Positions 43,514 to 53,215 are shown, counted from the first letter of the stretch. The stretch: DNA of 64,000 nt from Clostridia bacterium (GCA_017454675.1 JAFTCN010000010.1:6195-70194); one strand, 5' to 3'. Notes: generated by a model from the letters alone, not told the origin. Numbers and translations are program-made.

Positions 43514-43625
43514 CTGTCGTCCTGTGTACTCTGTCCTATGTCCACTGTCCACGGTCCACTGTCCACTGTCCACTGTCAACTGTCCACTGTCAACTGTCCT
43601 CTGCCCTGCGTTCTCTGTCTGTCAT
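43514..43625. repeat. heptanucleotide tandem array (CCACTGT)n
   Basis: The core at 43542-43597 holds eight contiguous 7-mers: five CCACTGT, one CCACGGT and two CAACTGT. Degenerate 7-nt-periodic units flank it, and the array abuts the pgsA stop codon at 43622-43624. Confidence 0.85.
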
Positions 43626-44302
43626 CCGTCTTTCTTTTCTTCTTCATCCGGTCCGGATCCGAGAAGGAATCCGCCATATCTTATGAAATAGATGACTGCC
43701 GACAGCAATGTGAATACCACCGTCAGCGCCGAGAAAAGCAGTGTGAGCGGCCTGTATCCGGCAATGAAATCCGCAAAGCCGCCCTCCGGTAGCAGCCGGC
43801 AGATCAGTGGCTCGCCCAGCACGGCGCAGATGCAGATCATCTGGCAGACCGTCTTTATCTTTCCGGTCCAGCCGGCGGCGATGACCCTGCGGCTCCCCGA
43901 CGACACCGCAACGAGGCGCAGCGACGTGACCGCGAGTTCTCTGAATATGACGGTGAAGGCCACCCAGAAGAACCACTGGCGTATCTGGCCGTATCTGTAT
44001 ACGGCCGCCAGCATGACGCCTATCACCAGAAACTTGTCGGCGAGCGGATCGAGAAACTTGCCGAGGTCGGTGATGAGACCGTATTTTCTCGCGATGTGAC
44101 CGTCGAGGGCGTCGGTGACCGACGCCGCGATGAACAGGACGAGCGCGATGAGCGCCGACAGCCACTCGGGCATGACGCTCTCCGGCATGACCGTCGCAGC
44201 AACGCAGAACGGCACCGTGACCAGGCGCAGCACCGTCAGTCTGTTCGGAAGGTTGAGCCTTGCTCTTTTCTTTTCCGGGCTTCCATTTCCCATCAGCGCC
44301 AC
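43622..44302 (-). CDS. pgsA: CDP-diacylglycerol--glycerol-3-phosphate 3-phosphatidyltransferase
   Basis: NLPNRLTVLRL..DALDGHIARKYGLITDLGKFLDPLADK, the CDP-alcohol phosphatidyltransferase motif. The start overlaps the rimO stop by 10 nt. Confidence 0.9.
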   Translation of the reverse strand: MALMGNGSPEKKRARLNLPNRLTVLRLVTVPFCVAATVMPESVMPEWLSALIALVLFIAASVTDALDGHIARKYGLITDLGKFLDPLADKFLVIGVMLAAVYRYGQIRQWFFWVAFTVIFRELAVTSLRLVAVSSGSRRVIAAGWTGKIKTVCQMICICAVLGEPLICRLLPEGGFADFIAGYRPLTLLFSALTVVFTLLSAVIYFIRYGGFLLGSGPDEEEKKDG

Positions 44303-45735
44303 TCCTTTTCAGGCCCGCCCATGCCGGCGTCTCCCGCATATTCGCCGTAAAGGTCGTAGTCGACGGTGTCTGTGATCTTCACCTCGACGAACTCGCCCGG
44401 CTTTATCTTCACGGGAGAGCCGAAGAAGACCTTTGTGTCGACGTCGGGGGCGTCAGCCGCGCCTCTTCCGTAGTACTTCTCCGACACGTAGTCGTAATCT
44501 TCGGTGAGCACGGTCAGCGTTTTTCCCAATGTCTGCGCGTTCTTTTCGGCTATGATCCGCTGCTGGTCGAGCATCAGCGCGTCCGCCCTGTCCTGCCTTA
44601 GCTGTTCGTCGATCTGGCCGTCGAAACCGGCGGCGGGAGTCCCCTCCTCGCGCGAATACGGGAATACTCCGATCCTGTCGAACCTGGTCTCGCGAACGAA
44701 CCGGCGCAGTTCGTCGAAGTCTTCGTCGGTCTCGCCGGGAAACCCGGTTATGAACGTGGTCCGCAGGGTAATACCGGGCACTTCGCGCCTGAGGGTCGCG
44801 ATCTTTTCCTTTATCAGCTTCGAGTCGCCCCGGCGGTTCATCGAGCGGAGGATGCGGTCGCTGATATGCTGCAGCGGCATGTCGATATATTTCACGACAT
44901 GCGGCAGGTCGCGGATAGCGGCGACGAGGTCGTCGGTGATCTTGTCGGGATAGCAGTACAGCAGCCTGAAATATGTTTTGGGCGCGGCTGCAGTCAGTTC
45001 ACGGAGCAGCTTCGGCAGCGAATAACCGCCGTAGAGGTCGATCCCGTATCGCGTTATATCCTGAGCGATGACGTTTATCTCCCGAACCCCCATCTTCTCA
45101 AGCCCGGCGGCCTCCGATGTCAGATCTTCGATCGGGCGGGAGCGGTATCTGCCCCTGATCGAGGGTATCGTGCAGTAGGTGCAGCGGTTGTCGCAGCCCT
45201 CACCGATCTTGAGATAGGTCGAAAAACTGCCGCTCACCACCCGGTCTCCCCCGAGAGCCACCGTGTTTATGTCGCCATAGGAGGAATATCTTTCGCCGTC
45301 CGCCTCCGGGGCAGGTCTTTTGTGCCCGCCGTGCTTCCCCGGCTTTGCGCCCTTCTTCCCGTTCCGGCGCTTCTCTTCTATCCTTTTTCTTACCGAATCG
45401 ACGGCCTCGACGATCCTGTGCACCGAGCCGGTGCCTATAACGGCGTCGACCTCGGGGAATTCCGAAAGCACCTCGTCCTTATACCGCTCGACGAGGCATC
45501 CAGCGACGACTATCCCTCCGAGGTTCGCGTGCTCCTTGAGCCACGCGATGTCGAGGATGTTGTCGATCGACTCTTTTTTCGCCGATTCGATAAATGCGCA
45601 GGTGTTGATCACGACGATGTCGGCCTCGGTCTCCTCCGGGGTTATCTCGTAGCCCGCCTCGTACAGCTCGTGCAGCATCACCTCGGTGTCGAGGAGGTTT
45701 TTCGAGCATCCGAGCGTTACAAAACCTATCTTCAT
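44293..45735 (-). CDS. rimO: ribosomal protein S12 methylthiotransferase RimO
   Basis: N-terminal MTTase domain (FVTLGCSKNLLDTE..INTCAFI), radical-SAM motif GCDNRCTYCTIP, and a C-terminal TRAM domain. A Lys/Gly-rich insert lies between the first two domains. Confidence 0.9.
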   Translation of the reverse strand: MKIGFVTLGCSKNLLDTEVMLHELYEAGYEITPEETEADIVVINTCAFIESAKKESIDNILDIAWLKEHANLGGIVVAGCLVERYKDEVLSEFPEVDAVIGTGSVHRIVEAVDSVRKRIEEKRRNGKKGAKPGKHGGHKRPAPEADGERYSSYGDINTVALGGDRVVSGSFSTYLKIGEGCDNRCTYCTIPSIRGRYRSRPIEDLTSEAAGLEKMGVREINVIAQDITRYGIDLYGGYSLPKLLRELTAAAPKTYFRLLYCYPDKITDDLVAAIRDLPHVVKYIDMPLQHISDRILRSMNRRGDSKLIKEKIATLRREVPGITLRTTFITGFPGETDEDFDELRRFVRETRFDRIGVFPYSREEGTPAAGFDGQIDEQLRQDRADALMLDQQRIIAEKNAQTLGKTLTVLTEDYDYVSEKYYGRGAADAPDVDTKVFFGSPVKIKPGEFVEVKITDTVDYDLYGEYAGDAGMGGPEKEWR

Positions 45736-45773
45736 GCCATTAACTCCGTTGTTCGATCACTTTCGGGCGCTGA

Positions 45774-46772
45774 TCAGAGGTTCACGAATCCGATCTTCCT
45801 TCTGACCTTCGAAAGCATCCTGCCGGCGTAGTACGAGGCCTCTTCGGCGCCCTTCTTCATCACTTCCTCGAGGTACGGCCTGTCGGCGAGCAGACGCTTG
45901 TATTCGGCCTGGACCGGCGCCAGTCTGTCGGCGCACGCCTCTCCGACAGCCGTTTTGAACTCGGCATATCCGAGCCCGTCGAATTCGCGCTCGACAGAGG
46001 CGACGTCCTTTCCGGTGAAGCAGGAATAGATGTCGATAAGGTTGCTCACTCCCGGCTTGTCTGGCGAATATCTGACTTCGTTCCCGGAGTCGGTGACCGC
46101 CCTCCTGAACTTGCGGATCACGGTGTCCCTGTCGTCGAGGATGCGCACGACCGCGTTCTCGTTGGGGTCGGACTTGCTCATCTTTTTGTCCGGCTCCGCG
46201 AGCGACATGATGCGGGCTCCCGACGTCGAGATGACCGGCTCGGGGACAACGAAAGTGTCGGGAAACTGCTGATTGAACCGCTGCGCGATGTTGCGCGTCA
46301 GTTCGACGTGCTGCTTCTGGTCGCTTCCGACCGGCACGGCGCTCGCCCTGTACAGCAGTATGTCTGACGCCATCAGCACGGGATATGTGAAGAGCCCGGC
46401 GTTGATATTGTCGGAGTGTCTCGCGCTCTTGTCCTTGAACTGCGTCATCCTGGAGAGTTCACCGAACATCGTGTAGCAGCTGAGGATCCAGGCGAGCTCG
46501 GCGTGAGCCGGGACATGCGACTGGACGAAGAGCGTGTTCTTTTCGACATCGAGGCCGCAGGCGATATAGAGCGCGAGCGTCTCGTATGTCCTGCGGCGCA
46601 GATCGGCGGGCACCTGTCTGACGGTGATCGCGTGTTCGTCTACGACGCAGTAAAAGCATTTGTATTTCTCGGAAAACTCGGCGAACCTGCCGATAGCACC
46701 GAGGTAGTTTCCTATCGTGAGGTTTCCGCTCGGCTGTACTCCCGAGAACAAAACCGGTCTTGGATCGATCAT
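45774..46772 (-). CDS. trpS: tryptophan--tRNA ligase
   Basis: GVQPSGNLTIGNYLG is a HIGH-like motif, and KMSKS is present as MSKSDP. Confidence 0.95.
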   Translation of the reverse strand: MIDPRPVLFSGVQPSGNLTIGNYLGAIGRFAEFSEKYKCFYCVVDEHAITVRQVPADLRRRTYETLALYIACGLDVEKNTLFVQSHVPAHAELAWILSCYTMFGELSRMTQFKDKSARHSDNINAGLFTYPVLMASDILLYRASAVPVGSDQKQHVELTRNIAQRFNQQFPDTFVVPEPVISTSGARIMSLAEPDKKMSKSDPNENAVVRILDDRDTVIRKFRRAVTDSGNEVRYSPDKPGVSNLIDIYSCFTGKDVASVEREFDGLGYAEFKTAVGEACADRLAPVQAEYKRLLADRPYLEEVMKKGAEEASYYAGRMLSKVRRKIGFVNL

Positions 46773-46862
46773 TGTATCTTCTCCTTGCCGCGGGGCGGCC
46801 GGCTTCCTGACCGGCCTTCCGCCCGCGCGAATTCGTTTTTCCCCGATCTTTCGTATGCGGGT

Positions 46863-48116
46863 CTATTTAGCTTCCCTCGCCTCCGCGAGCATCTCGCGGG
46901 CGAGTTCGCCGAGTATGCGGCATCCCTCTTCGATCCTGCTGTCAGAGGCCGTCGAGTAGGACATCCTCACCGCGTTGCTCGGCGCTCCCGCCACCGGAGT
47001 GAACGCGGTCCCGGGGACCAGCGCCACCTTCCTTGCCAGCGCGCGTTTTACGAATTCCTGCATATCGACGCATCCGGGCAGTTCGCAGTAGATGAACAGG
47101 CCGCCCTTCGGTCTGGTGAAGGTGAATTCCTCCGGCATCTCGCGGTCGAGCGCCGAGAGCATTATGCCGCACTTGCGGCGGTATATCGCCCTGACTTCGT
47201 CTATGTGCCCGTCGAGGTCGCGCTCAGTCATGTATTTGTGGCAGAGGATCTGGAAGAACATGTTAGTGTGCACGTCCTCGACCTGCTTTGCCACGACTAT
47301 CTTCTGCATCACCTTCTCTGGCGCGCAGAGATAGCCTATGCGCATTCCCGACGAGAGGATCTTCGAGAACGACGAGCAGTAGATCACGATGCCGTCCTCG
47401 TCCATGCTCTTGATAGTGGGTATGTCTTCGCCGTCGAAGCGGAGCTCGCCGTAGGGGTTGTCCTCGAGGATCATGACGCCGTATTTCTTCGCGAGGCGGT
47501 AGTTCTCGCGACGAGTCCGGAGCGACGTCGTCACTCCGGCGGGGTTCTGGAAGGTGGGGATCACGTATATGAGCTTCGCGTTCTTCTCTTTTTTCAGCAG
47601 CTCCTCGAGCGCTTCGGTGTCCATGCCGTCGTCCTCGCCCGACGCCGTCCTCACGAGCGGTACGCCGAGCGTCACGGCACCGTTCGACCTGAAGGCGTTG
47701 AGCGCCCCGATGAAAGACGGATCCTCGGCTATGACGACGTCCCCCTCGTTGCAGAACGCCTTGCAGGCCAGCTCAAGCCCCTGATTGCCGCCGCTGACGA
47801 TGACGGTCGTGTCGTTGAAGGCGTCGCCCGCGGCGACCGACCTGCCGATCCCGAATTTTTCCTTCAATCTGGCCGCGACAGCGGACCGGAGCGGCGTGTA
47901 CCCCTCGGTGGTCCCGTACTGGAGCGCGGTCACCGGCATTCCGGCGAAGATCTCCGACGAGATCTCCGCCATCTCGCCGACCGGGAACGACTCGGGAGCC
48001 GGGTTGCCGGCGGCAAAAGCTATGATCGACGGATCGGTGAGCGATTTGAATATCTCCCTTATCGCCGAGGGCTTGAGCGCCTCGAGCTTGCGGGAAAACC
48101 TGTATTCTCTTTCCAT
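46863..48116 (-). CDS. class I/II-fold PLP-dependent aminotransferase
   Basis: LKPSAIREIF..FAAGNPAPESFP..YGTTEGY..SFSKILSSGMRIGY (PLP lysine). Confidence 0.85.
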   Translation of the reverse strand: MEREYRFSRKLEALKPSAIREIFKSLTDPSIIAFAAGNPAPESFPVGEMAEISSEIFAGMPVTALQYGTTEGYTPLRSAVAARLKEKFGIGRSVAAGDAFNDTTVIVSGGNQGLELACKAFCNEGDVVIAEDPSFIGALNAFRSNGAVTLGVPLVRTASGEDDGMDTEALEELLKKEKNAKLIYVIPTFQNPAGVTTSLRTRRENYRLAKKYGVMILEDNPYGELRFDGEDIPTIKSMDEDGIVIYCSSFSKILSSGMRIGYLCAPEKVMQKIVVAKQVEDVHTNMFFQILCHKYMTERDLDGHIDEVRAIYRRKCGIMLSALDREMPEEFTFTRPKGGLFIYCELPGCVDMQEFVKRALARKVALVPGTAFTPVAGAPSNAVRMSYSTASDSRIEEGCRILGELAREMLAEAREAK

Positions 48117-48175
48117 TTCAGTTCTCGTCCTTCTCCTGCCTCTGTTTTTTGTCAGCGATGTTCCGTGAGCCGCGC

Positions 48176-50347
48176 TCAGTCGAAGAGTTCGAGCAGCCGG
48201 TAGCTGTCGGACAGGAATGCCGAGAGCTCGCCGGCGGTGAGTTTCTTCTGCGCCAGCAGCGCGAGCCTGTATACGAACGAAGCGTATCTTTCGGCTGCTT
48301 CGTCCTCCGGCGCCGCGGCCTGCTCGGTTTTTTCACCGCTGCCCGCATCCTTGCCGCCGTCACTGTCTCCGGATGCGCCGTCTCCCTCTCCGGCAAGTCT
48401 CACAAGTTTTGCGTAAGCCCCGCATCTCGTGTTCAGCGTGAGCTTCATGTCAGACGGCACCGGCGGAACATATTCTTCTCCGGGGGCGGCATAGAGCCTC
48501 ATCATATCCTCGAAGCGTCTCGACTGCTCACTGACCGTGAGGACCGCCGGGACTGCGGCGTCAACGAGCGGTTCGGCGGCGACCTCGAGCTTTTCGTTGC
48601 CCGATACCTTTCTCATCAGTCTTGCGAGCGCCTTCGGGACTTCGTTCTTTCCGTCTTTGTTTTTCTCCCCGCTGCCGTCCTTTACCGCGTCGGATATATC
48701 GGCGTCGACCCTGCGGAAGGAGATGCCCTCCCGGTACTGCTCTATCGCGGTGATGTACTGCGAATCAAGCAGCAGATCGAATACCGCCACTTCCTTTCCG
48801 GCTCCGGTGAGCATAGATATGTACTGTGTCTGGAGCGCGGTGTCGGTGGCGTAATATACGGTTCCTTCGGGCTTTTTACCGTCGCCGCCATCAGTCTCCT
48901 TTTTCTCTTCCGGCCCCTTCTCCTCTTCATTACCTGACGCGTCGCCGTCAGACGTCTCCGCGCCTTCGGCAGGAGATTTTTCATTTTTCCGGTCAGCGTT
49001 CTCCAGATATTCGTCGAAGGTGCGGTATCTGCCGTCGGTCAGACGCAGCAGCAGGCTGTCGGATACCCTGTCGTAGAATTTCTTCTCTCGCAGGCAGGCG
49101 TACTCGATGAATATGCGGATGTCGGAGTAGACCTTCTCGTATTTCTCCCTGTCGTTCTTTGCGAGGGAGTTCAGCTTGTCGGCGACCTTTTTCACTATGA
49201 ACTGGGCTATCCTCTTTACATACGCGCTGTCCTGCAGGTAGCTCCTCGACACATTAAGCGGAAGTTCGGGACAGTCGAGCGCGCCGCGGAGCATGAGAAG
49301 ATAGTCGGGAAGGACTTCCTTGATGTTGTCGGCGACGAACACCTGATTGTAGAAGAGTTTGACGTGGCCTTCGAGCGACTGCGTCTCGGTCCTGATCTTC
49401 GGGAAGTATAGGATCCCCTTGAAATTCAGAGGGTAGTCGGCATTTATGTGTATGTGGAAGAGCGGGTCGTCTATATCGGAGAACAGCTTGTGGTAGAATT
49501 CGTTGTACTCCTCATCCGTGATCTCCGACTGCGGCTTTGCCCAGAGCGGAAGGGTGTCGTTAATCGGCTGAGGCTCCTTCTTTCCGGTCCCGTCCGCCGC
49601 GGCGTCTTTTCCTTCTCCGGTCGCGGTCCCGTCCTCTCCGGAGTCGAAATAGACGGGCACAGGCATGAACGAGCAGTATTTTTTCAGGACTTCGAGGAGT
49701 TTTTCGCTGCGCAGATAATCCTTCTCCGTCGAGGAGATGTGCATCGTGACGGTCGTCCCGCGCTCCTCCCTGTCTGACCTCGTGATCTCGTAGTCGCCTG
49801 CCTCGGTGCAGGTCCAGTGGACGGCCTCTCCGCCCGTGTATGACAGTGTGTCGATCTCGACGGTGTCGCTCACCATGAACGACGAATAGAAACCGAGACC
49901 GAAGTGACCGATGATCCCGCTCCCGGCGGCCTTGTCTGACGCGTCGCCGCCCGACGATTCGTATTTTCTGATAAAGTCGAGAGCTCCCGAGAGGGCTATC
50001 GAGCATATGTACTTTTCAAGTTCTTCGCGGGTCATGCCGATGCCGTTGTCGGTGACGCTGACCGTGCCGGCCTCGGCGTCGAGCTCGACGTCGACCCTGA
50101 ATTTCGCGGCTTCGCCCTCGGGGAGCGATATCTCGCCCAGCGAGTCGAGCCGCCGGAGTTTAGTAACGGCGTCAGACGCGTTCGAGACTATCTCGCGGAT
50201 GAAGATGTCCTTGTCGGAGTAGAGCCACTTTTTGATGATCGGGAAGATGTGCTCGGCCTCGACCGAAATCCCGCCGCGCTTTACTTCGCTTCCGGTTTCT
50301 TCTTTTTCGTTCATGTTTTCGGTGTTTGCGTTTGTGTTTTCGCTCAT
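48176..50347 (-). CDS. htpG: molecular chaperone HtpG (Hsp90)
   Basis: GHKL ATPase N-domain: HIFPIIKKWLYSDKDIFIREIVSNASDA..DNGIGMT..IGHFGLGFYSSFMV. ATG at 50347. Gly/Asp/Glu-rich inserts are present. Confidence 0.92.
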   Translation of the reverse strand: MSENTNANTENMNEKEETGSEVKRGGISVEAEHIFPIIKKWLYSDKDIFIREIVSNASDAVTKLRRLDSLGEISLPEGEAAKFRVDVELDAEAGTVSVTDNGIGMTREELEKYICSIALSGALDFIRKYESSGGDASDKAAGSGIIGHFGLGFYSSFMVSDTVEIDTLSYTGGEAVHWTCTEAGDYEITRSDREERGTTVTMHISSTEKDYLRSEKLLEVLKKYCSFMPVPVYFDSGEDGTATGEGKDAAADGTGKKEPQPINDTLPLWAKPQSEITDEEYNEFYHKLFSDIDDPLFHIHINADYPLNFKGILYFPKIRTETQSLEGHVKLFYNQVFVADNIKEVLPDYLLMLRGALDCPELPLNVSRSYLQDSAYVKRIAQFIVKKVADKLNSLAKNDREKYEKVYSDIRIFIEYACLREKKFYDRVSDSLLLRLTDGRYRTFDEYLENADRKNEKSPAEGAETSDGDASGNEEEKGPEEKKETDGGDGKKPEGTVYYATDTALQTQYISMLTGAGKEVAVFDLLLDSQYITAIEQYREGISFRRVDADISDAVKDGSGEKNKDGKNEVPKALARLMRKVSGNEKLEVAAEPLVDAAVPAVLTVSEQSRRFEDMMRLYAAPGEEYVPPVPSDMKLTLNTRCGAYAKLVRLAGEGDGASGDSDGGKDAGSGEKTEQAAAPEDEAAERYASFVYRLALLAQKKLTAGELSAFLSDSYRLLELFD

Positions 50348-50420
50348 GGTGTATATCTCAGTCCTTCCGTTTGCGGCATGTCTTCTGGCCGCCGCGTATA
50401 AAAAAATAATAATCGGATAA

Positions 50421-51821
50421 TTATCGTATCGGTCGCCGGGAGGCGGCGGCAAAAGCTGCGATGAGCGGCAGCGCCTCCTCTGCCGCTTCGGTGTCGGTGC
50501 GGAGCCACGGGTTGTCGCACCATATGCAGAACATCGCTCCCGAAGGGATGGCGGCAGGCTCTCCGCCGTCGGAATAGATCCGCGGGTCCCATTCCGCCGC
50601 TATATGCTCCGGGTCGCACTTCACGTACGCGAGCGGCGGACTGCTCCTGGCTTTGTCAGTCAGCACGTAGTAACAGTATGCGCTCGCACAGTTGATCAGC
50701 CGGTGACCGGCCGCCGCGACCTCGCCCGGCGGAGCATAGGCCGGCTTCGATGACCAGTACTGCACCGTGAACCCGGGGTCGGGGATTACGTGTCCCTGGC
50801 TCATGCTCCAGCCGGTGTCGGACGACCTCATGAACTCGTCGTTCCAGGTCCTGACCTCCCTGTATCCGAGCTTTTTCATGTCACTGTACAGGGTGTTCAT
50901 ATAACCGACGAACAGGTCGTACGCGACGGCATCTTTTCCGTATTTTTCCGTCGCGGCCTTCCTCCAGCCCTCAAGCTGTGACCATCTCGGCACGTCTGTT
51001 GTATCGGCGACGGCGGGAGCGAAACCCAGCAGTTCGTCGCCCCCGATGTCGATTCCGTCGCAGCCGGCCTCCCGGAACATACGCGCGTATGAATCCAGAA
51101 CGCTGCGGATGAAAGCGACTGCCGGCTCGAAGGCTATGTTGATCCCTCTCGGGAAGGCGCGGTTGTTGGTCCCTGCCACTCTCGACATGACGCCGCCGTA
51201 TTCGAAATACGAGCCGATCCCGTGGATGAGCGGGCCTGTCCCCGTCAGCGCCACGGACAAGCCGTCTCTCAGAAAAGAATATCTGTATTCTTTCGCAGCG
51301 GTGAGGTTTTCCCGGCCCGATGTCTGTTCCGGAAACTGTTCAACGGACTGATCCACGCCGCTTTTGCCTTCAGTCGTGGCGCTCTCCGCGACTTCAACGG
51401 CGGACACATGATAGTCGTGTCCGCCGAACGAAAACGACATTCCGCCCGGGCGGGCTGCCATTTCAGAGAATCTCTTGACGGTATAGTTGAGATGCCCGGG
51501 AGAGTCGTACGAAGGTATTATCCTTATTCCCTTCCCGCGGGCGCAGTCCGCGATCCTCATCAGGTCTTCGCGCGAGAGCACGCGCGGATCGGTCGGGCAT
51601 TCTCCGGTCTTTCCCTGCGTGCACAGAATACCGTCTCTCCCGGCGAGCCACGGATACGCGGGGCACTCGATCCCCACGCCCATATCCTCCGAGAAGTGAA
51701 GTTCCAGAAAATCGAGGCCGAGCTCCGACATTCCCGCTATGAGCAGCTCGAGCGACCGCGGGGAGAAGTACTTTCTCCCGCAGTCTATCATCACACCGCG
51801 GTCAAAGCCTGAAGTAAACAT
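50421..51821 (-). CDS. glycoside hydrolase family 20-like (beta-N-acetylhexosaminidase-like) protein
   Basis: RGVMIDCGRKYF, LELHFSEDMG, IPSYDSPGHLNY and IDIGGDELLG match the GH20 catalytic-domain blocks. No signal peptide seen. The start overlaps the DUF58 gene end by 20 nt. Confidence 0.75.
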   Translation of the reverse strand: MFTSGFDRGVMIDCGRKYFSPRSLELLIAGMSELGLDFLELHFSEDMGVGIECPAYPWLAGRDGILCTQGKTGECPTDPRVLSREDLMRIADCARGKGIRIIPSYDSPGHLNYTVKRFSEMAARPGGMSFSFGGHDYHVSAVEVAESATTEGKSGVDQSVEQFPEQTSGRENLTAAKEYRYSFLRDGLSVALTGTGPLIHGIGSYFEYGGVMSRVAGTNNRAFPRGINIAFEPAVAFIRSVLDSYARMFREAGCDGIDIGGDELLGFAPAVADTTDVPRWSQLEGWRKAATEKYGKDAVAYDLFVGYMNTLYSDMKKLGYREVRTWNDEFMRSSDTGWSMSQGHVIPDPGFTVQYWSSKPAYAPPGEVAAAGHRLINCASAYCYYVLTDKARSSPPLAYVKCDPEHIAAEWDPRIYSDGGEPAAIPSGAMFCIWCDNPWLRTDTEAAEEALPLIAAFAAASRRPIR

Positions 51822-53100
51822 CGGTGTCCTCCGGTATCTCGCCGATATTGTTCCTCGTCGTGGCGATATAAAAAACGACGTTGACCCCGCTGTCCTCCAT
51901 CGCCCGCTTCAGGTTTATCATCCTGCCGTCGAGATATGACGAAATGACAACGAGGTTCTCGTTTTCGCGGTAGAGCTCGCGGTTTGATATGATATGGTCG
52001 AACATCTTCTCCGCCGGCACCGAGATGGTCATATCCATCTTCGCCAGCGCGCGGAGAGCGTATATAAGGTCGCGGCGCCCCCTGTAGGGGCCCGCGGAGG
52101 CGATCTTCGAGCCGACCTCGTCGGCCGAGACGGCCTCAGATCCTTCGAATCTGTCGGGAGGGTAGTTCGTGAATATCCGGACCGGCACGTCCTCCGCGGC
52201 TATCCGGGACAGCACCGACGCGCATATGATGTTGCAGCGCTCTATGGCTGCGATGTCGGACGGAGTGTCGGGCCTCTGCTCGATCTCGCGCGAGTTCATG
52301 TTGAGGAGGATAGAGAAACGGTGCCTTACCGTCCTCTCCTCCCTGTTCACCATCAGTTTTCCGTGAACGGCGGTCGACTTCCAGTTGATCCGGTTCATCG
52401 GGTCGCCGCGGGAGTATTCTCGCGAACCGACGATCCTGAGCGGATCGGTCACAGGGCAGAGATTCGACACGGCGTCGCCGCAGATGTATCTCGACGACGC
52501 GAACCTGCCGTCGAGCTCCTCGGGAAGAGTGAGAACGACGACCCGGCTTCGGCGTCCGTCGTCCGGCGGTATCAGCTTCGACTCCGTGCTGAATCCGAGC
52601 AGGTCGGTCGCGGTGACGACGACTCCGTTCATACGGTATTCGCCCCGCTTGCGGCAGAGTATGCGCCAGCGGCGCCTTATCTTCGAGTGGGGGCGGAGTA
52701 TGAACACCGACTTCACAGCTCTGTCGTATCTGACGCTGCGGGTGCCCCCCGCAACCGAACGGACCCGGCCGCCGGACTCTCCGCCGGCCGACGCGGCGCC
52801 GGCGCTTCGCCTGAATCCGCGCGGCGCCGGCTGTTTCTTCTCTGCAGCGCCCTCTCTCTCTTCCTCGATCAGCGTGAAAAAGAGGCCGTCGGGAAGCTCG
52901 CTGTCGATCTTGACATAGGGAAGCGGTATCCTTCCGGTGTTCGATATCTCCTCGTACAGATATATGTCGTCGCCGGCGTACACCTCGTCGGATGAGAAGA
53001 CGGCCGAGTAGACCAGATGGTCAAAGCAGTGTTTTTTATAAAATCTGTACTGAATGAACAGCACGGCGAATATTGCCGCGGCGGCTGCGAAGACGATCAT
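51802..53100 (-). CDS. DUF58-domain protein (MoxR-associated, vWA-like)
   Basis: N-terminal TM segment and the REYSRGDPMNRINWKSTA signature of DUF58. Located directly downstream of a MoxR ATPase gene. Confidence 0.85.
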   Translation of the reverse strand: MIVFAAAAAIFAVLFIQYRFYKKHCFDHLVYSAVFSSDEVYAGDDIYLYEEISNTGRIPLPYVKIDSELPDGLFFTLIEEEREGAAEKKQPAPRGFRRSAGAASAGGESGGRVRSVAGGTRSVRYDRAVKSVFILRPHSKIRRRWRILCRKRGEYRMNGVVVTATDLLGFSTESKLIPPDDGRRSRVVVLTLPEELDGRFASSRYICGDAVSNLCPVTDPLRIVGSREYSRGDPMNRINWKSTAVHGKLMVNREERTVRHRFSILLNMNSREIEQRPDTPSDIAAIERCNIICASVLSRIAAEDVPVRIFTNYPPDRFEGSEAVSADEVGSKIASAGPYRGRRDLIYALRALAKMDMTISVPAEKMFDHIISNRELYRENENLVVISSYLDGRMINLKRAMEDSGVNVVFYIATTRNNIGEIPEDTDVYFRL

Positions 53101-53215
53101 TTTTTCTTCTCTTCTTATCCGGTCTTGTCTCTGTTTTTCTCTTGTCCTGTCCTGTCTTGTCTTTCCGTGTCCTGTCAGGTCTGCTCTTTTCCGTCCACTG
53201 TCTGCCGGTCAAGTT
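53101..53215. repeat. pyrimidine-rich (plus strand) CTGTC/CCTGT low-complexity tract in the moxR-DUF58 intergenic region
   Basis: GTCTTGTCTCTG..CTTGTCCTGTCCTGTCTTGTC..GTGTCCTGTCAGGTCTG..CCGTCCACTGTCTGCC. It shares GTCCACTGTC with the heptamer array at 43.5 kb. Confidence 0.7.

Noticed and set aside
43538-43792. 84-aa plus-strand ORF beginning MSTVHGPLSTVHCQLSTVNCPL. Also considered: in-frame read-through of the pgsA TGA into the repeat (..TVDSGQLTVDSGQW.., about 30 codons before a TAG).
   Set aside because: Both are simply translations of the 7-nt tandem array, since any frame of a heptamer array gives a 7-aa repeat. The plus ORF continues antisense into pgsA, and nothing supports stop-codon read-through.
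46416-48203. 595-aa plus-strand ORF opposite trpS and the aminotransferase gene.
   Set aside because: It is an antisense artefact spanning two genes and their spacer.
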